The translations under genes were made by a program, and so were the position numbers. From the NCBI GenBank assembly GCA_018992565.1, contig JACVGW010000017.1, positions 1 to 32,369 on the forward strand: a stretch of 32,369 nucleotides of DNA, read 5' to 3'. A model generated the notes under the pieces. The model worked only from the letters and a program-made list of their open reading frames with translations, was not told the DNA's origin and did not search any database. This document shows, piece by piece, positions 27,754 through 32,369 of this stretch (the first letter of the stretch is position 1; each line of letters begins with the position of its first letter). The DNA comes from Theionarchaea archaeon. Lineage in GTDB: Archaea > Methanobacteriota_B > Thermococci > Methanofastidiosales > SZ-28-30.

Positions 27754-28321
27754 TTGAGATGATTCCTCCCAATGCACCAAACAGCGCCAGCAGGACGAAC
27801 ATGACCAGAATAACAACAACGGCTAGTGCCCCTGCAAATTCCTCAAGAGTGATTCCTGCCTCTGTCAGAGCCTCTGTAAGCTCGGGTGTGTACACAGCTT
27901 CGTCTAAAAAGGACCTGTAATCCCCTACCATAAGAAACTGGACTACTACTATGATGAAAGCGGCCACACACCCAGAAATTCCTCCAGTCAAGGCTGCTTT
28001 TCCTGTAGAGATCTTCCCCTCGATAGCGTTCCAGCGTTTCACCAAGTATACTGCAAGAGCTCCGCCCACGACTATCCACAAACAGAGAACGCAATTCAGT
28101 ACTGAGATTACGGGAGCCACAGATAGAATGCCTCCAACAACGCCACCAATCAATGCTGGCATCAATATCTTCTGCATCTCTATGGAAGACTCGCCCGTCC
28201 CAAGGCAATCCTTGCAGTAGGTGCGGCCTTCCTTCATGACCACACAATCTGAACACAGGTTCTTCCCACAGGTGAAGCATTGAGCTACAGAAATCCTATC
28301 AGGATGGTAATAGCAGTTCAT
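27737..28321 (-). CDS. B-box-type zinc finger plus multi-pass membrane protein
   Basis: CYYHP....AQCFTCGKNLCSDC......YCKDC followed by about 4 Gly-rich TM segments. ATG 28321 lies about 22 bp after a TTTATA box. Confidence 0.75.
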   Translation of the reverse strand: MNCYYHPDRISVAQCFTCGKNLCSDCVVMKEGRTYCKDCLGTGESSIEMQKILMPALIGGVVGGILSVAPVISVLNCVLCLWIVVGGALAVYLVKRWNAIEGKISTGKAALTGGISGCVAAFIIVVVQFLMVGDYRSFLDEAVYTPELTEALTEAGITLEEFAGALAVVVILVMFVLLALFGALGGIISNEVKK

Positions 28322-28419
28322 AGTACGTATGAGCAGGTAGCCTATAAATTTCTTTCCCTGCTTCATTCCCTTAGTCACCTGAAGGAAACCTTTTTTATGA
28401 GTCAGCTCCACCCTTCTGC

Positions 28420-30336
28420 ATGAAGCGCTGGATAATCCCCTTTTTTGCACTCCTGCTGCTCTCTCAAGGAACAACAAAGGATGAATCCCATACTCTCATT
28501 ATCATTGAACCGCAGATTGGAGAAAATCGGATCGATGTCACCCAGGAATACACGTTAGCCACCAGTGGGATGACTGAATTCGAAATTCTAACTTTGGCAC
28601 TGTCATATGTAGATCTTCGTGTCTTTGATGATCAGAAAGAATTAGATTATCAAATTAATGATAATATTATTGTTGGAAAAAACATCTATCGAAAGATTAC
28701 CGTTTTTTTCCTTGAGCCAATCACTGCTCCTTATCACTTCGCGGTAAAGTACTGGTTCATCACCTCTGGGACAGGAAAACCCATTACAGGGAAATATCTT
28801 TACAATGTTGTCAACCTAACAGATACCACCTCTGTTAGAATTTCCATTCCTCTGACTGACGTCACAGCAACCTCCAGAGCCTCTCCCACTCCAACCATTA
28901 CGAGAACGGAGGACAGAACGATTTTTTCCTATGAATTAAGCAAAGACACCTCAATAGTCCTGCCTTACGAACTTGAAGAAGGAATCGACTATAAAGATAC
29001 GGTAACCAAGACGTTTTCCTACCAGGACTATTCTTTTGAGGTATTATGCCCTAAGAAGGCTGAGGTGTTCACTGATGATATCAAGGCATTTGTAGAGGAG
29101 GCCTTCCCCATATTCCTTGAAGAGACAGATACTCCTCCCACATACCATCAGTTCAGGATAACCCTGGAGAAAGAAGAAGACACATGGGCGGCTGCAGAAT
29201 ATGTCGGATCAGGAAGAATGACAGTCCTCATCAACAATACATCATCCTTCCCCTCACAATTTCTCTCTCACGAGCTCACTCATTCCTACATTGGGGACTT
29301 TCCACGGTATCTAGAAGAGGGGATGGCAAATTACTTTCAGAATCAGGTAGCTAGTAGACTGGCTCCTCCTCTTCCAGAACAGTTTATTCCCAGCCAGGAA
29401 TCATTCTTCCAGACGTATGAGAGGCAATTTGATGAAATTGTGGATGTTACTCCTTCACGGTATGGACTGGGGCTGACAGACAAGCAGGAAGCTCTCATCT
29501 ACGCCAAGTACAACAAGGGGATGTATGTCATCTATGAGATCAGCCGTACCTGTGGGCAGGAGACTGTCCAGCAGATGTTACGCATACTGGCAGAAGAGAG
29601 AGACTGCTCACTGAACTTCGTCGTGTACAACCTCAACAAAGGCGAGGCAGTATACACCATTCTCAGAAAGTATGGGTTTGAAGTTGTCCCTCCTTATGCA
29701 TATTCTGCAGAGCAGTTGTTAACTGAGACAGAAGAGGAATCCTGGTGGAGCCTGGTCTTATGCTTCAGTTCAGGGTTCAGATCAGATCTGGCCAGTGCAG
29801 CTCCCGAGAACGTTCCTGAGATTATGGGGGCTATTGAGAGTGTAAGGGATCTTGCCTCCGGGACTGTAGCTGTCATTACCGGGATTGCTGTAGGATTCTT
29901 GGGTGGAAGTTTTGCTGCATGCGGGACAAGACTATACGACGCACGGAAAAAAAATCCTCCAGTAGTCTATTATCTGTATTTTCTGCCTGTGATTGGATCT
30001 TCCATAGGGTCTGGCTACGTTCTGTACGAGTTGCTGTTTACTGGCTGCAAATTGCGATGGCTTCTCCTCAATGCATGTGCTCCATGGGCATTGGGGCTGT
30101 TTTCAGGTATTTTTATAGTTGCTGCGGCTTTTATCTTGCTTGAAAAATGGATTACGAGTTCCGGTGTAGTAATTGACGTAGTCTGGGCAACATTCTTTTT
30201 TGTCTTGACAGGAATGGCGATTCATGTCTTGCTGCTACAGGGAATACTCTTGGGACTGGGGTATGTCATGTCACTGGTAGCTGTCGTATTCTTGAAGAGA
30301 CAGGTACTCAATAAGAAACAGAGGGAGCTTACGTAG
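28420..30336 (+). CDS. Secreted, membrane-anchored zinc metallopeptidase (clan MA, gluzincin-like)
   Basis: Signal peptide, beta-rich N-terminal domain, HELTH...PRYLEEGMA, and about 5 C-terminal TM segments. Confidence 0.7.
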   Translation: MKRWIIPFFALLLLSQGTTKDESHTLIIIEPQIGENRIDVTQEYTLATSGMTEFEILTLALSYVDLRVFDDQKELDYQINDNIIVGKNIYRKITVFFLEPITAPYHFAVKYWFITSGTGKPITGKYLYNVVNLTDTTSVRISIPLTDVTATSRASPTPTITRTEDRTIFSYELSKDTSIVLPYELEEGIDYKDTVTKTFSYQDYSFEVLCPKKAEVFTDDIKAFVEEAFPIFLEETDTPPTYHQFRITLEKEEDTWAAAEYVGSGRMTVLINNTSSFPSQFLSHELTHSYIGDFPRYLEEGMANYFQNQVASRLAPPLPEQFIPSQESFFQTYERQFDEIVDVTPSRYGLGLTDKQEALIYAKYNKGMYVIYEISRTCGQETVQQMLRILAEERDCSLNFVVYNLNKGEAVYTILRKYGFEVVPPYAYSAEQLLTETEEESWWSLVLCFSSGFRSDLASAAPENVPEIMGAIESVRDLASGTVAVITGIAVGFLGGSFAACGTRLYDARKKNPPVVYYLYFLPVIGSSIGSGYVLYELLFTGCKLRWLLLNACAPWALGLFSGIFIVAAAFILLEKWITSSGVVIDVVWATFFFVLTGMAIHVLLLQGILLGLGYVMSLVAVVFLKRQVLNKKQRELT

Positions 30337-30501
30337 GCCACTGACTGTAATTCCCATTCTGGATTTTTACGTTTGTCGTACAAACCAAAAAATGATTACG
30401 GGTAAGAAAAGTACACCGAAATGTTCTTAAGATAGGAATTATAAAGAGAATGAGCGCCACAACGGCGCAACGATAGAAATTGCAGTAAAGGAGGGCGATT
30501 A

Positions 30502-31146
30502 ATGTTGTCAAAAGATGTTGTCCTTGCAGAATTCAAGGCAAATCAAGAGGCCGACAAGACAGTTTTAGAGATTGATGATGCAGTGAGGGAGTGTGCTGCT
30601 TCTTTAGATTCTGGAAAGGTGCCATCCAGTGTATCTGGGCTGGTAAGAGATGCATCGGGTCTGGTACGAGATGCGTCTGGGCTGGTAAGAGATGCATCGG
30701 GTCTGGTACGAGATGCGTCTGGGCTGGTAAGAGACCAGGCCACGGGCCAGCAGTACAAAGACATTGCCAGAAAGGCACGGCTCCTCTTCATAGAGCATTC
30801 CAGGTTTGCACTGACGATGAGAAGGTTTTCGGACTTGGCCAAAACGGGAAGCACTTCCAACGTGGTGGATGACGCCTCTGGATTGGTGAGAGATGCATCG
30901 GGTCTGGTACGAGATGCGTCTGGGCTGGTAAGAGATGTTTCTGAACTCATGTCAGACCCTGTGAAGAAAAAGAATTTGCAGCTCCTGATAAGTAATGCAG
31001 ATCTTGAAACGAGAGCAGGTAGTCTCAAGAATAATGCCGGAAATACGAAGACTCCTTCTGATGCCTCTGGATTGGTGAGAGATGCCTCTGGTCTAGTACG
31101 AGATGCGTCTGGGCTGGTGAGAGATGCCTCTGGATTAGTTCGATAG
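30502..31146 (+). CDS. Hypothetical protein with three blocks of DASGLVR heptad repeats
   Basis: AAGGAGGG RBS and a T-rich terminator-like tract after the stop. Variation among repeats is synonymous in this frame. Confidence 0.8.
   Translation: MLSKDVVLAEFKANQEADKTVLEIDDAVRECAASLDSGKVPSSVSGLVRDASGLVRDASGLVRDASGLVRDASGLVRDQATGQQYKDIARKARLLFIEHSRFALTMRRFSDLAKTGSTSNVVDDASGLVRDASGLVRDASGLVRDVSELMSDPVKKKNLQLLISNADLETRAGSLKNNAGNTKTPSDASGLVRDASGLVRDASGLVRDASGLVR
30631..30732 (+). repeat. 21-bp tandem repeat block 1 (VSGLVR + 4x DASGLVR), with a higher-order 42-bp period
   Basis: Alternating units gatgcatcgggtctggtacga and gatgcgtctgggctggtaaga. Confidence 0.95.
30871..30933 (+). repeat. 21-bp tandem repeat block 2 (3x DASGLVR)
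   Basis: gacgcctctggattggtgaga followed by the same two units as block 1. Confidence 0.95.
31060..31143 (+). repeat. 21-bp tandem repeat block 3 (4x DASGLVR), ending at the stop codon
   Basis: Four synonymous variants directly followed by TAG. Confidence 0.95.
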
Positions 31147-31170
31147 TTTCCTTCCTTTTTTCTTTTACTT
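31147..31170 (+). terminator. Pyrimidine/oligo-T terminator
   Basis: tttccttccttttttcttttactt immediately after TAG. Confidence 0.55.
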
Positions 31171-31288
31171 GTGTCTTCCAAGGTCTCCATTGGTCTCCCA
31201 ATTCAGAATTCGGACTGATTCAATCAGGTGTCTTTCAATTCTCCCGTAATGAAAAGAAGCTCTCGGAATCGGAGGGCTTGACGCGCGA

Positions 31289-32059
31289 TTAATTTTCATT
31301 TACAAGCGTTTTCAGTAAATCCATGCATATGCGTCTTGATTGGTCCACTCCTTCCATATCCGGATTCCAGCTAGACAGAGAAACTGCAGCTATCCTTCCT
31401 GTCTCAGAAAGAAAACGAAATACCTCTCTCAATTCGCCTGCAGAAGGACCGCCTTCGGCGGGGTAGCCCATGGCAGGCGCATCCCGTGGATCCACCACAT
31501 CTGTGTCAAAGTGAACATAAAGGGGTCCGTCTGGTATAGAATAGTCCGGGAGGGATCTCGGATCTGGTACAACATGAATCGTAGAGTCCTCTATCGCTGC
31601 CTTTTCCCCTGGGTCAAGATCACGTGCACCAGCAAGAATCACCATCCCCTCTGGTATGTTCTTGAGCCCCACAGCATCAACGAGTCTCTGGTCTCCCCGG
31701 CCTACTATCATGGCCAGCGGCATGCCTCCCAGGAATCCACTGGGAGTTGTCTCCCATGTATTGAAATCACCATGCGCATCGAACCAGATCAGGACAGGAG
31801 CAATGTTCTTCCTCTGCAGGCCAGCAAGAACTCCAATGGCAGTGCAGCAATCACCAGCAATACTAACAGGTCTCTCTCCTTTTCCCAAGACTTCTGCAAT
31901 GTAACCAGCAAGCGACTCATGTATGACAGAGATTCTTGTCATCTGGTCTCCTTCACCAGGGAAGGGCTTATTGACATACCACCCAGATGAGGCAAGCGTT
32001 TCAAGCTGTGGCAGATCTTCATCAAGGAAGTATGGTGTTACTACGTAGCGACTATTCAT
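31289..32059 (-). CDS. Arginase/ureohydrolase-family protein (GDC variant)
   Basis: AGDCC, WFDAHGDFNT..TTPSG..GGMPL, GARDLD.GE and HFDTDVVDP. TTTATA box at 32091-32096 on the minus strand. Confidence 0.88.
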   Translation of the reverse strand: MNSRYVVTPYFLDEDLPQLETLASSGWYVNKPFPGEGDQMTRISVIHESLAGYIAEVLGKGERPVSIAGDCCTAIGVLAGLQRKNIAPVLIWFDAHGDFNTWETTPSGFLGGMPLAMIVGRGDQRLVDAVGLKNIPEGMVILAGARDLDPGEKAAIEDSTIHVVPDPRSLPDYSIPDGPLYVHFDTDVVDPRDAPAMGYPAEGGPSAGELREVFRFLSETGRIAAVSLSSWNPDMEGVDQSRRICMDLLKTLVNEN

Positions 32060-32174
32060 GCAACCACTCTCCCGACTTCTGTTCTACTCATATAAACCTA
32101 TTCTCCTGGTCTTCACGTCTTCCTGTCACTCCACAATTCCAAATTTCTGTCCAGGCTCACATTTCTGCCAGTTC

Positions 32175-32369
32175 TTACATCATTTTCTGCTCCCTTTTGT
32201 CCTTCAACCGAAGTTCTTCAGTTCTTTCTTTAAAATTCCCATATCCTCCACCACCTGGAGTTTCTATCCCAATAATGTCACCTCTCAGCAACTCATACGT
32301 GGTCTTGGATGGTAATTCTATCTCATTCCCATCTCTTGTCAGTACATTCTTGCCCTTCCTTCCCTTTTC
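32175..32369 (-). CDS. Hydantoinase B/oxoprolinase-family protein, C-terminal end only (runs off the window)
   Basis: Hand translation, absent from the ORF track: EKGRKGKNVLTRDGNEIELPSKTTYELLRGDIIGIETPGGGGYGNFKERTEELRLKDKREQKMM*. TPGGGGYG is the family's C-terminal signature. Confidence 0.85.
   Translation of the reverse strand, partial: EKGRKGKNVLTRDGNEIELPSKTTYELLRGDIIGIETPGGGGYGNFKERTEELRLKDKREQKMM

Noticed and set aside
30631..31143. 21-bp repeats as a CRISPR array
   Set aside because: The units are directly tandem with no spacers, vary only synonymously in one frame, and no cas genes are present.
30543..31190. 215-aa antisense ORF over the repeat gene
   Set aside because: A shadow of the plus-strand gene. 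The repeat variation changes amino acids in this frame, and the RBS and terminator belong to the plus strand.
30395..31250. ATTACGGG/CCCGTAAT inverted pair flanking the repeat gene as mobile-element ends
   Set aside because: Only 8 bp, with no target-site duplication and no transposase.
32058..32315. 85-aa plus-strand ORF and the many other short antisense ORFs in the track
   Set aside because: They overlap well-supported genes on the opposite strand (here the hydantoinase B C-terminus) and have no motifs.
1..32369. Selenocysteine/pyrrolysine read-through or programmed frameshifts
   Set aside because: The recognised proteins look complete, with Cys at the expected positions, and I saw no split domains across in-frame TGA or TAG.

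Overview
Gene-dense archaeal chromosomal segment. Evidence for an archaeon: egsA, archaeal-type ValRS, UPF0179, FrhB-family proteins, and TTTATA-type boxes about 20-35 bp upstream of many starts; the lineage cannot be fixed from the sequence alone. It carries about 34 CDSs (two cut by the window edges). I found no rRNA, tRNA, CRISPR array or transposase. The most notable element is a divergent locus at 15127-20895. Leftward is a five-gene operon: a membrane-anchored metallophosphoesterase, an ECF S-component fused to a sulfite-oxidase-like (Oxidored_molyb) domain, a double ATPase, EcfT and an NTPase. Rightward are two lipoproteins, each built from two further such domains. All five domains appear to lack the Mo-ligating Cys. 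The shared promoter region has two tandem 24-bp CGATATG-N10-CAT(G/A)ACG boxes resembling ModE operators. Together these suggest a Mo/W-regulated uptake or salvage system for a molybdopterin-like cofactor; this is an inference, not a demonstrated function. Other oddities are a 214-aa protein with 11 exact DASGLVR heptads kept constant despite synonymous codon variation, a ValRS whose KMSKS motif reads GMHAS, and a candidate 16-codon ORF or structured RNA between hsp20 and an EamA transporter.
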